A stretch of DNA of 64,000 nucleotides from Lama glama (Eukaryota), in contig CM052817.1 of NCBI GenBank assembly GCA_028534125.1, forward strand, positions 20,462,001-20,526,000. The letters run 5' to 3'. Below the pieces are notes generated by a model. That model did not search any database. It was not told where the DNA came from and saw nothing but the letters and a program-made list of their open reading frames with translations. The position numbers and the translations under genes were made by a program. Below, piece by piece: positions 26,345 through 37,585 of this stretch (position 1 is the stretch's first letter; each line of letters begins with the position of its first letter).

Positions 26345-27119
26345 GTTTCCCTGTTTCTTTCTTCGACCTGTACTGAGTTTAGAATCATAAATATTTATTG
26401 TGGAATTTGTGGAAGGGAAATACAAATGACAGAAGTTCGGTGTATTGTGTCTTACTACAGTTGGGATTCTCTGGGACAAGGATAATATACATAAATAAAA
26501 CAAATGCACTGAACTTTGAGACAGACTTGGAACAGAGCCTCGTAGGAGTAAATGTACGCTTTTTAAAAAATGCATCACAGTAATACAGTTTGTCAATAAT
26601 CCATCATTAGTGCAACCGGGCCTCTAGCATATCTGGTATATTAAAAGCCATTCCGGAGCTTTTTCCCGGCATGCTCCTCTTAGGGCAGTGTTGATCTGTA
26701 GCATCTCACTTGGAAATAAGAACCAGGAAGTTTCTTTTTTTGGCCCTGTACCCAGAAATTGATGCACCCCCTCCAAGAATACCTAGATCATCCAATGTTG
26801 CAGACCGTGACACTTAGAAGAGGCTATCATCTGAGAATTCTTAGAGATACTTTTATTTGGTTATTAATTATTCTCAGGAAAGTTTGATTTTCAGCTTGAC
26901 TTCCCAGTGCTACTCTATATTTTACTCTTATGTGCCCCACCTCTAATTCTCAAATTGTATGTAAACAATGCAAATACATTTCTACTTTAGAATTAGAAAG
27001 ACAAAAATGCAAAGAAAACTCATGGGTCTAACCCAAGTAAAGTTGTAGCTAGACTTCATTTACACATTTATTGGAGAAAGTCTGAGAAGCAATTTACACA
27101 TTCACTCTGTGGTGCTTGC

Positions 27120-27310
27120 TTTGTGCTCACTATTATTTGGTTTTATGTACTCCTCCTCACCATTTAGTAAGCAAGTGCCGGAATCCCCATGTGAAAGCAA
27201 AGGCAACTGAGGCTCATGGAGATTAAAGAACTTTTTCCAGAGCTCACAGGTAGTACCACGCACAGTCGTGGAATTGAGGCACAAACTCAAATCTGTAAAG
27301 ACTGAAATAC
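27120..27310 (-). mobile_element. MIR SINE
   Basis: ggcaactgaggctcatggagattaaagaactttttccagagctcacaggtagta. Confidence 0.6.
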
Positions 27311-27764
27311 TCATTTTTCAAAAAGTACAAAATTATGCATTCAGGATTTGCAGGGCATTTTTTAAGGAATACTTTTGGGGATGGTTAAGTACAGAAAGAG
27401 TGGTCATTGAATACTCAGAAATAAAAAAAAGGATAATTAAACTGGATGGGTATTTGTATCTTGAGGCATAAAATAGTCAGTGCATATCTGTTACATTTTT
27501 AAAGTTAAAACATTATCCCTTGCATTATCCTCACAAAGGCATCAATCTATACAGTCATTCATGCATCTTGTGCACATCTGCAGTGTACAGATCAGTGCAG
27601 AACTGTCCTGGAGGAGAAGAAAGACTATGTGACAGAATGTGGTTTGTATTTTCAAGAAGCCCGCAATCTAGGGTGTGTACAGGTATACATTCTGGAAAGT
27701 TCTTAGAGAAGGTGTTCAGGATCAAGTTGCTGAAGGAACAACCCACGCACATTTTAGTGATGTG

Positions 27765-28140
27765 ACAGAGCCCTGTTGTCAAGAATGGTTAATGATGTAG
27801 GCTTAAGAATGAAACTGCTGGTGTCTAAAGTCCAGCTTCACCACTTACGAGCTCATGATGCTTGGGAGCTCCTTAATCTATCTCTGCTTCCATTGCTTCA
27901 TGTGTAAAATGAGAAGAACAAACATAACCTATTTCATTCATCTGTTTGACAAAACTCTGACTTGTATCGCATTTTCTACATGCTGCACAGTGACCGAAGC
28001 ACTTTACAAACAATAAGTTGTTGAGTTCTCAGAACTAGGTGGCTACTGTTATTGTTAAATTGAGAGAATAAAAGGCGTTGATGTGTATAAAGTATTTAGA
28101 GCTATGGCTGGCGCTAAGTAAGTACACCCTCAGTAAATGC
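27765..28140 (+). mobile_element. MIR SINE, interrupted
   Basis: tccagcttcaccacttacgagctc...cttcatgtgtaaaatgagaagaaca and tail gtatttagagctatggctggcgctaagtaagtacaccctcagtaaatg. Confidence 0.65.
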
Positions 28141-31100
28141 AGCTTAATAAATCTCATTCTTAGCAAAGAAGTAGGGAAGTATCTTGGAAGCAGGGACATA
28201 CCGTGCATAATGTACAGAGACAGGAGTAGATACATAGTACATGCTTGCTGAAGTCACAGTCATAGATTTGGTTCTGGTGACCAATAAAGAGAAACTCTCC
28301 AGTGGAATGTGACCCAATGAGCTTCTTAATTTCCATTGTAACATATGAGATATGCCGATTATTTACATTTTGGTAGCGTAAAAGTAGCCAATAATCTTAT
28401 TCAGATTTTTCTCTTTGGTTGAGTAGGCATTCTCCATTGTGAGAGCACATACATTTATCATGGAGTCTTATTCCAGTGATATGAAAAAAATGTAATAAAA
28501 AAATGTGGTTCATTAATAAACATACCTGTTTTTCCTGAATTGATTCTTACGGGGGAATAAAAGCCAGTGACCATGGTTCCAAAAGCACGGTCCTCTGGTT
28601 GGACTGATTCTCTTTTAATGTGCTTGTTTGCTTTACTCTCAATATAAACATTCACTATCATGTGTGTGTAAAACTCTCCAATGTTTTCTGGTTTGCCGTT
28701 CTGTGGACTCTGTAGACAGTGTAGCTTTCCCTTGACCCTGAGTTGTTTTTTTTTTTCCAACCGTAGATATTAATAGCAACATTTAATCCATACATTTCTT
28801 ACTCATTCATGATAGTCATTTGACTATGTTTTATAAAAGTTTCTAATGGTCTCTCAGCCTTGTGAGCACTTTCTGAATGTTGCTGTTCTGGCATGTTTTT
28901 CTTTGAGTAGATGAACCTGGACATGGAGGTTGATGCTTGAGTTTAACCCAGATTCTAGCTCCTGTGCAGGTGTGCACGTGTCTGCACTGTTTTGTTACTT
29001 GATCTTTTTGAACAGGTTCGTCCATCTAGCTGCCATTCAGTTCAGGTTTTAGCTCTGAGGCAGGGAGGAGGTTTTGAGGAACTGACATTGGGGTTTGGGC
29101 ATGATGAAACAGAGAGAAGGCTCTACACAGGGAACCACGCTACAGGCAGGAAAAACAAACAGTTCTGTATAATACAACACTTAATTCCACAAGCATACAA
29201 ATACATAGACATGGAAAATTGTCCCTTCATTTTCCTAGTTACCAAACAGGTAAGGTCCAAATGTATACAATAATTTGAGAAAGCAAATGGTATGGATTAG
29301 CAGAGAGGAAGCTGAAGGGTGGTTGAAGAAATTTCCCCAATTATAAGCAAACCCGGAGAGTAAAGCCTCTATTAATAAATCAGATTTTGCTCTTCAGAAG
29401 CAAAGTGGTTGGTGGATAGGGTAACAGCGTATCAGTATTTAAAAGTGGCAGCCTGAACCCACAGGTCTGGTTCTGTTTCATGAAGTAATTGTCATCAGTA
29501 ACTAACTGATGTTCGTAAAGTACTTCTGCAAATGCCAACTGTTAAAAAATATGCTCAGAACTCTCTTAACATCAATAAAGGGAAATTCTTCTGCCACCAG
29601 GTGTCTCGATTGAAACCTTACCACATGTCATTATTTTAAACACATAATAATATTACAATGTCACGCATCCTGGCTTTCAATAAATTTTGGGAAAAAAAAC
29701 TAAATAATTTGCATGATGCACAGTTTTAAGAAATATGCTGATTGAAATGTCAGAATCTTTATCATCTTATTGAATACAGTTTGCTCTAAGAAAGTGGGTG
29801 GAAACACCGTAATGATATATTGTCACGTGGGCCACTTTATGGTCTACATTCTTTGTGATATGACAGTTGCTCCATTGACACCATGTTATTTATTGAATAG
29901 CAGAGCGAATAGACTAGTAAATCATGATTTCATGTCTAGCCAATCGGAATCTGCCCTGGTTTTGTGGAGTGCTAAGTTTCTTAACTTATTTATTCTGCTT
30001 TCTTTTGTTTTTCTCTTTATCAGTCTCTATTTTCTGGCATTCTTTTCTTTAATGGACTCATCTTGAGACATTTTACAATGCACCCCATGTCAAATCCAAT
30101 TCAACTAAGATGCCTAAATGCACATTATTTAAATTAAATGCGAATGGTTTGAAAAGTATATACTTATCTCATAATTGCTTAAAACTGCATTTCCACATTA
30201 TGTCTGTTGTAGATTTGAATCTTGTCAGTGTATGCAGGAACCAAAGTTAGGTTTAAAAAAAAATTTAAAAATGCATTATTCACATCACATACGTCTGTAC
30301 ATCTGATAGTGTAATTAGCCATCAGAAGTACTACATGCAGTGAGGTAATAGAGCCGTTATAATTTTGTACATCCTGCTGTTGATGGGTTTAGGTACCACA
30401 TTTTGCACATTTTCTATTTCATTATTTTGGACTAAAAAAAGATAAAAATAAAATAACATGTTTTCTTTATTTTAGTCCTTTTTTATCATCCTTCACGCTT
30501 CTTTTGCTTTCCTTCCGTGTCTGGCTCTTGTTTCCCCAGTTTAGATAGGACTTGTTTTTCTTCGTTTATCTTTACTCCTTCCTGGCCTGTAGTGCTAACA
30601 CTAATAATAACAATAGAAATCCTGGACCTAAATCTGGGGGATTTCGGAGGTCACTGAGGTTACGTCTCTGCTTTTAGTTAGCATTCTAGCCATTCCAGAG
30701 TGAGAATTATTTATGCTCGTCTCGACATCACCACAGATTTCTTGCATCTCTCAAATTATCTTTGATCTTATTTTTCTAAAAGTTTGATGCATCCTAACAT
30801 TGACTGCTCTAGCTAAAATATCACCTCTCTAATTCTTATCTCTTCACCATGCCTGCAGGTTTCCGCTACTTTCTTCTACTTCAACTCATTTCACTCTTTT
30901 TTTTTTTTCCCCTCTGTGTACTGGACTGTTGACTTCTCTCTGTTAGATACAGCAAAGGTCTAATCACTTTTATGAGACTGAGAACATTTCATCAAAGTGA
31001 TTTTCTGGAAAGATGTGCACTCAGACATGTCACTAGTTAGCAATTTCCCACAAGTGGGCTCACTTACATTAACACTTGGCGTTTCTACACTCTCTCTGCC

Positions 31101-31329
31101 CTGCTAGCTGTCTTGTGTAGCTGTCTGGTTATCTGTGATATGTCAGCTTCCTCTCCAGTGGGCCAGATTTTCTCTCTCATGAGCTTCATCCTTTTATGCC
31201 TGGACAGTTATAAAGACAAAAAGGGTCGTAACTGGAATTTATTTGCATGAAATATATTTCTGCTCTGAGATGCCACCATCTTGAGAACTACTCCAGAAAA
31301 GACAAAGGGTATGTATGGGATTTGATTAA

Positions 31330-31480
31330 CTCACAGAACTGTGTTCCAATCTTGATGCTGGCACTGAGTGGCGATGGGTCAAAAACCTCATCTGTAAGAT
31401 GATTATGACAACTGTCCACAAGTAATGTAAGTTTTAACTTAAGTGAGGTAACGTGTAAGGTTCTGGGCACGAGTTCCTGG
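31330..31480 (+). mobile_element. MIR fragment
   Basis: cctcatctgtaagatgattatgaca...aagtgaggtaacgtgtaaggttctgggcacgagttcctggca. Confidence 0.45.
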
Positions 31481-32108
31481 CAAGGGGTTAGGGGTCATGG
31501 ATATGAATATACCAAGAGATTTAAAAATCATTTTTAATTCCATCATTTAAATAATCTATGAAACGATTCCTAACTGATTGATTAAAACAGAAACAAACCA
31601 AAAATCAACAGAAAAGGCAGAAGGGTCCCTACTCATTGTGCACACCGCCCCTCCTCCATCAGGTGACTCCAAACCAGGAAGAGATACATTGAGTCAAGCT
31701 TAGCTATAACGTACCCAGCAAACGGTAGGGTGATGTAAGGCCTATTTTTCTTTCTAGCTACGGGAACAAAGTCGCATCTGTACGGTGGATGTGAACCAGC
31801 TAGTCATAGGGTTATTATTGATGTGGATACAGCCATCAGTAAAACTTCCTTGTCATGCTCTGCTAGGCAAGTGTTCATTCTGCTAATAAGTTCTGTGCCT
31901 AAAATTAAAGTTACATAGATAGTTCCTATTTCAGATGTCTTATAATGTTCACAGATTTGTATTTTCAATGTACACCCATTCATTGAGATCTAATCACATA
32001 TGAATCAGTACTTAAGTGATTTGTCATTTTACTAAACCCCCCAAAATGGCTCTTCAACAAAACACAGTAACTCACACATGACTAAATGGTATTTGTCAAA
32101 TTTCTTTT

Positions 32109-33258
32109 TTATTTATTTTTTTTATTGAAGTATATGTGATTTACAATGTTGTATTAGTTTCTGGTGTACAGCATAGTGATTTAGTCATACCTATGTATAC
32201 ATATTCTTTTTCATATTATTTTTCATTATAGGTTATTACAAGATTTTGAATACAGTTTCCTGTGCTATACAGTAGGACTTTGTTGTTTATCTATTTTATA
32301 TATAGTAGTTTGTATCTGCTAATTCCAAACTTCCAATTTATCCCTCCCTCCCCTTTCCTCTTTGGTAACCGTAAGTTTGTTTTCTATGTCTGTGAGTCTG
32401 TTTCTGTTTTGTAAATAAATTCATTTGTTTCACTTTTTTTTAGATTCCACGTATAAGTGATATCAAGTGATACTTGTCTTTCTCTGTCTGACTTGCTTCA
32501 CTTAGTATGATAATCTCTAGGTTTATCTATGTTGCTGCAAATAGCATCATTTTATTCTTCTTTTATGGCTGAGTAGTATTCCATTGTATACATATACAAC
32601 TTCTTTATTCAGTCATCTGTCAATGGACATTTAAGTTGTTTCCATGTCTTGGCTATTGTAAATAGTGCTGCTATGAACATTGGGGTGCATGTATCTTTTC
32701 ACATTAGAGTTTCCTCTGGATATATGCCCAGGAGTGGGATTGCTGGATCATATGGTAACTGTATTTTTAGTTTTCTTTTTTTTTTTTTTAAGGAATCTTC
32801 ATACTGTTTTCTATAGTGGCTGCACCAAAGTACATTCCCACTAACAGTGTAGAAGGGTTCCCTTTTTTCCACATCCTCCCCAGTATTTATTGTTTGTGAA
32901 CTTTTTATTTATGGCCATTCTGACTGGTATGTGGTGATACCTCATTGTAGTTTTGATTTGCATTTCTTTGATAGTTAGCGATATTGAGCATTTTTTCATG
33001 TGTCTATTGGCCATCTGTATGTCTTCAATAGAGAAAGTCTGTTTCAGTCTTCTGCCCATTTTTTGACTGAGTTGTTTGGGTTTTTGGCTTTTTTTTGTTA
33101 TTGAGTTGTATGAGCTGTTTATATATTCTGGAAGCTAAGTCCTTGTCTGTCACATTGTTTGCAAATATTTTCTCCCGGTCTATAAGTTTTCTTTCCGTTT
33201 GTCTTATGGTTTCCTTTGCTATGCAAAAACTTCTAACTTTAATTAGGTCCCATTTGTT
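32109..33258 (-). mobile_element. 5'-truncated L1 (ORF2 C-terminal remnant, 3'UTR and polyA)
   Basis: ORF 32841-33059 ([13 protein letters not shown]...[10 protein letters not shown]...[10 protein letters not shown]) is the L1 ORF2p C-terminal region. PolyT on plus strand; TSD tcaaatttctttt (32096-32108) / ttaaacttctttt (33259-33271). Confidence 0.95.
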
Positions 33259-33785
33259 TTAAACTTCTTTTAAAAAATACAAAATTATTCCCACCTAGAA
33301 CTGAGCTCAACATTGCAAGTTGAGGCAGCGTTGTGAGCTTTTTCTTGCTGTGGGTGAATGAAACTCGGTTTCAGCTAGAAAAGATACAACCTATAGTAAC
33401 ATAAAAATAGATCCTGTGACTCCACTGTTGAAGAATTTTATCTCACTTATCTGTCATAAGCAGTCAGAATGGAGTCTACCTTTTAGACCCCGGAAGATTT
33501 TTTTTTCCTTTCTTTTATGTTATTGGATATATTCTATGCACCCTGTAATTAAATACCTCGTGAGCATTGACCAATTCTTGGTTAATGTGATTTTATATTA
33601 ACTGATAGCAAGGAAGCCTGTTGCTCTTCCGCTGATCAGTGTTTAAACTGGGATTAGAAAGCTCTAATGACTAATAGTCACAAGCCTGGATTTCTGAATC
33701 AGACCTTACTATCCATCTCCAACTAATATAGTGCTTATCTCATATTATTGTTGTTAGAGTGAATAAAAGTATAAATTTACCCCAG

Positions 33786-33833
33786 TGTGTGTGCGTGCGT
33801 GTGTGTGTGTGTGTGTTTGTGTACGTGTGTGTG
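33786..33833. repeat. Imperfect (TG)n microsatellite
   Basis: Read directly. Confidence 0.9.
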
Positions 33834-33854
33834 CATGCTTAAAGAAATTTTTAG

Positions 33855-34070
33855 CTATTCATTCATTAATTTAAATCAAGAAACATTGATGGGCCTGCCA
33901 TGTGCCTTGCATTGTCATGGCATGGATATGAGATATGATGAAGGACACAGCCCCTGTCCTGCAGACTGTCCCTGTCTAGTGAGTAAGACAAATATATTAA
34001 CCATCAGTTAATGTGATCAATTCATTAATAGAGGAGTAGACTGAGTTCAGGAGAACAGTGTGGCAGGTCA
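33855..34070 (-). mobile_element. L2 3' end
   Basis: attcattcattaatttaaatcaagaaacattgatgggcctgccatgtgcc...ctgtctagtgagtaagaca. Confidence 0.6.
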
Positions 34071-34344
34071 GAATTCTCAGTCTAAGTCAAAGAAGGCAGG
34101 CTCTTTGCATTTTCTACTGAAATACCTCTATAGCAGAAAGTAGAAGCTTGTTTGGCATCCAACGTGGAATGAGATTCTTCGCTGACTTCAAGCAAAAACA
34201 GTCCGCATTTGTGAGAGTGTTTCCTGGCCCTTAAGGACAGCAATGTTCAGTGCTTGAAAGTTTGTCTAGAGAGTGTGTGTGTGTGCATGTGCGTGTACTG
34301 AAATATCTCTGGATAATACACACACACACACACACAGATCTTAC

Positions 34345-34875
34345 ATTACTCTTCTACCACTGCTGTAACAATTACCCAAATTAAGTGTCTTAAAGCATCC
34401 CAAATTTATTATCTCACAATTCTGGAGGTCAGAAGTGTGAAATGAGATTCAGGGAGCTAAATCAAGGCGCCAACAGGGTTGCATTCCATTCTGGAGGCTC
34501 TAGGGGAGGATCTGCTTTTGCCTTTTCCAGCTTTTAAAGCCTGGCTGAATGTCTTGGCTCACAGCCCCTTCTTCCATCTTCTGAGTCAGCAGTGACCAGT
34601 AGAGGAGCTCTCGCACCCCATCAGCCCGGCACTGACTTCTTCTGCCTCCTTTATCTGCATCTAAGGGACAGTCTGACTACACTGGCTGACTGCAATAATC
34701 CAGGGTAATCTATTTTATTGTCCACTGATTGGCAAACATAATTCCACCTGCAACCTTATGTAACCCCTGACCCCCACCAACCCCCCACCAGGTAACATGA
34801 TATACTCATGGATTCTGGGGATTCAAATGTGAGTATCTTTGTTGCGGGTGGTGTGTGCTTTATTTTGATGCCACA
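34345..34875 (-). mobile_element. ERVL-MaLR solo LTR (MLT1B/C/D-like)
   Basis: ctgctgtaacaattacccaaa...tttattatctcacaattctggaggtcagaag...ttctggaggctctaggggagga...ataatccagggtaatc...ccaca. Confidence 0.85.
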
Positions 34876-35339
34876 GAAGTATATTTTTTTTTCCAGTTAA
34901 GAATTGGATATTAGGGAGGAAATTAAGAATATGAGCAATAAACTGAAAGTCTCTTTCCATCTGCACAGTAGAGAGAAGACCAGGACTTGGATTTCTTGTT
35001 AAGACCCTTCCCTGTTCCATAAACTGTGTACCATATTGACACAAAAATTATGCAGGTAAACAAATGGGAAGTATCATATAATTATCATATAAAAAGGATT
35101 AAACTCACATTCTGTACATTTTGGGTGAGGGAGAGATGGGAGAAAATGATCTCTGTGAAATAAGTAAGAGGTGGTGCATTTTGATGATGGGACCCCAGAT
35201 CCAGGGCAGATGGAGAGAAAGAATATCGTTACAAACTTTAGAGCTCATTCAAAATTGAGATCTATCCAGCATCTAAAAAACAATGACCATTTTCCTTTAT
35301 ATTTCTTCCTTGTTCAGTGAAAATGTAAACGCTATGAGT

Positions 35340-35730
35340 GGTGAAGTAACACTACATTACAGCACTTACCACATGCCAAGCGCTCTTCAAACTGCCTTAC
35401 GTCTATTAATTGTTTATTCATCACCATGCTGTCTCCTTGAGCATCTGTACAGTCACACAGACCCCACTCTGGGAAGCCCCCACCCCCTCAGTTTAATGTT
35501 CTGCTGCCACTATTGAAATTCTTCATCGTTTTTGAAGGATGGACCCTTTTTTTTGTATTTGGCACAAGACCCTATAAATTGTTTAGTTGGTCCTGTTCAT
35601 CACACCAAAGCTTTACACTAGATAAAAATTTTACCAACATTTTGTAAAAGAGAAATGGAGACACAGAAGGGTTAACTGGCCAAGGTCACACTGAGGTCTG
35701 TGGGAGAGCCAGGATTTGAACCTCAGGAGA
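35340..35730 (-). mobile_element. MIR SINE interrupted by MER45A
   Basis: agcacttaccacatgccaagc...gaaatggagacacagaagggttaactggccaaggtcacac...agagccaggatttgaacctcagg. Confidence 0.75.
35425..35595 (+). mobile_element. MER45A-like hAT-Tip100 element
   Basis: ctgtacagtcacacagacccc...gtttaatgttctgctgccactattgaaattctt...ggtcctg; perfect 8-bp TSD TTCATCAC at 35417-35424 and 35596-35603. Confidence 0.85.
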
Positions 35731-36489
35731 AAGAGCTCGGAACCACCTCAGTCTCCTCCTCCTTTGAAGGCAGAGGTAGTATTTTCTTCCCAACTCTGAC
35801 CCACTGTCTGCTACCTGGTTAATTTTCGCTAAGTGCTTGTTGAACTAAATTATATGTGATGGTCTTTGGTAAAAATATTCATTTCATTTTTCAACGAATA
35901 GAGATGAAAGTAAAAAAAAAAAAAACCTGAATCTTTTCCAAGACATTTGTTCAAACAGGCTAAAATTGTCTTTTTTTCTTTTCACATAATCATGTCTAAG
36001 GATATTCCCTTGTTCAAAGTCCATTATTGATTATTTATTAGTTAGATTATATAGCAAGATATTCTGGGGAGTGCTGATAAAACTACACAAAGCAATATTT
36101 TACCACTGTCCTAATTTAGCCTTAAAAATCTTAAATTTTAGAAGCAGTGATTTTATAGAAATGCATGAATAAAATTAAGAAGTATAATTACATGTCTGTT
36201 CAATAGAGTGAGAAATAAGGAAGCCATATACAGTATTAAACAGGTAGGGTAGGAGGAGCAATTGAGAGGGTTTGCTGGTTGTTAGGATTCAAATTAATTT
36301 AATATGCATTTCCTGAGGTTTGCTGTGTGCCAATGCTAGGCTGTGTGAAGAAAATTTTAGTAATAATTTTATTAGTAATAATAATAAAAAATCATCCTCA
36401 GGGAACATGGAGTTCCATGGGTGGAGAGGTTCAATCATATGGTGGTCTCATCAGAAAGGGTCCATGACAAGGGCTGGAAGAGACAGCTT

Positions 36490-36680
36490 AGTAAGAACCT
36501 GAGGCAAGCACTTTGACATTGTAATGTTTATTCTACCAATTTATAACATGTGTAACTTTGGGCAACTCACAGCCCTTCAGTATCTCCATTTCACCATCTG
36601 CAGAGTGGTGCTGATAGCATCTTTTCTACCTACTTCATGAGGTGATGTAAGTACTTACCGGATCCTTGAATGTGAATACA
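36490..36680 (+). mobile_element. MIR SINE
   Basis: tgtgtaactttgggcaactcac...ctccatttcaccatctgcagagtgg...cctacttcatgagg. Confidence 0.6.
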
Positions 36681-37195
36681 TGTTGATTTTTTTTTAAAGG
36701 GAAGAGGAGGGAGGTATTAAACAGAGATGTTTTTCTTGCACTAAGAATAGTTCCAAACAAGGTATAGGCAATAAATCACAAAGTACGAATAAGCAAGCCT
36801 TATTTCACAGTAAACACAGCTACATTATTTGAATCTCTTTTTTTCTACCTTACATAATCCATATTCAGTTGACTCAGACAGCTATTGGACCAAAACAAAA
36901 ATACTGAAGATCTTAGTAGTGCTAATTTACTCTAATCCTTAATTTACAATCTTAAGTGTATAATTTGTATTTGGTTTACTCAGTTAATAGGGAAGCCAAA
37001 ACATGAAGCTAACTTATTTGATTAATTTAATCATTTACTGGAGATTTATTATTTATAAGTCATTGCAAGTAATGTAGAGATGAATAAGATAAATAAGATA
37101 CAGTCTATACCTTTATGGAGACCATGGTTTGCTAGTGATAATGGCAATAAAATTCGGCATTTTTTTTCCCTTTATTTGCTTTTGGGAACATGTCC

Positions 37196-37484
37196 TTTTG
37201 TTTTTGTATTTAAATTTTTTTTTAAATTGAAGTATAGTTGATTTACAATGTTGTGTTAATTTCTGGTGTACAGCATAGCGATTCATATATAGATATATAT
37301 TCCTTTTCCTATTCTTTTTCATTATAGGTCATTCTAAAGTATTGAATGTATTTCCCTGTGCTATACAGTAGGACCTCGTTGTTTATCTACTTTATATATA
37401 GTAGTTAGTATCTAAAAATCCCAAACTCCCAGTTTATCCCTTTCCACCCTTTTTTTTCCCAGCAACTGTAAGTTTGTTTTCTAT
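37196..37484 (-). mobile_element. L1 3' end (~290 bp, 5'-truncated)
   Basis: Aligns by eye with 32109-32385 (attgaagtatagttgatttacaatgttgtg...agtttgttttctat). Confidence 0.9.
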
Positions 37485-37585
37485 TTTTATTTTATTTATT
37501 TACTTATTTAATGGAGGTACTGGGGATTAAACCCAGGACCTCATGCGTGCTAAGTGTGCACTCTACCACTGAGCTATCCCCACAC
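37485..37585 (-). mobile_element. tRNA-derived SINE (vic-1-like) abutting the L1 truncation point
   Basis: atggaggtactggggattaaacccaggacctcatgcgtgctaagtgtgcactctaccactgagctat is the reverse complement of the SINE type at 13077. Confidence 0.9.

Noticed and set aside
26018..26596. 192-aa and 91-aa K/E/R/G-rich minus-strand ORFs
   Set aside because: They are translations of the (GAAA)n/(GGAA)n/(GGGA)n microsatellite, which has no stop codons.
31758..31866. Possible 109-nt exon (tttctttctag ... TAG|gcaagt), open in two frames
   Set aside because: Needs a GC donor, is not frame-preserving, and the peptides are unrecognisable; too weak without expression data.
32841..33059. ORF with clear protein similarity
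   Set aside because: Remnant of L1 ORF2p in a truncated, disrupted copy; not a host gene.
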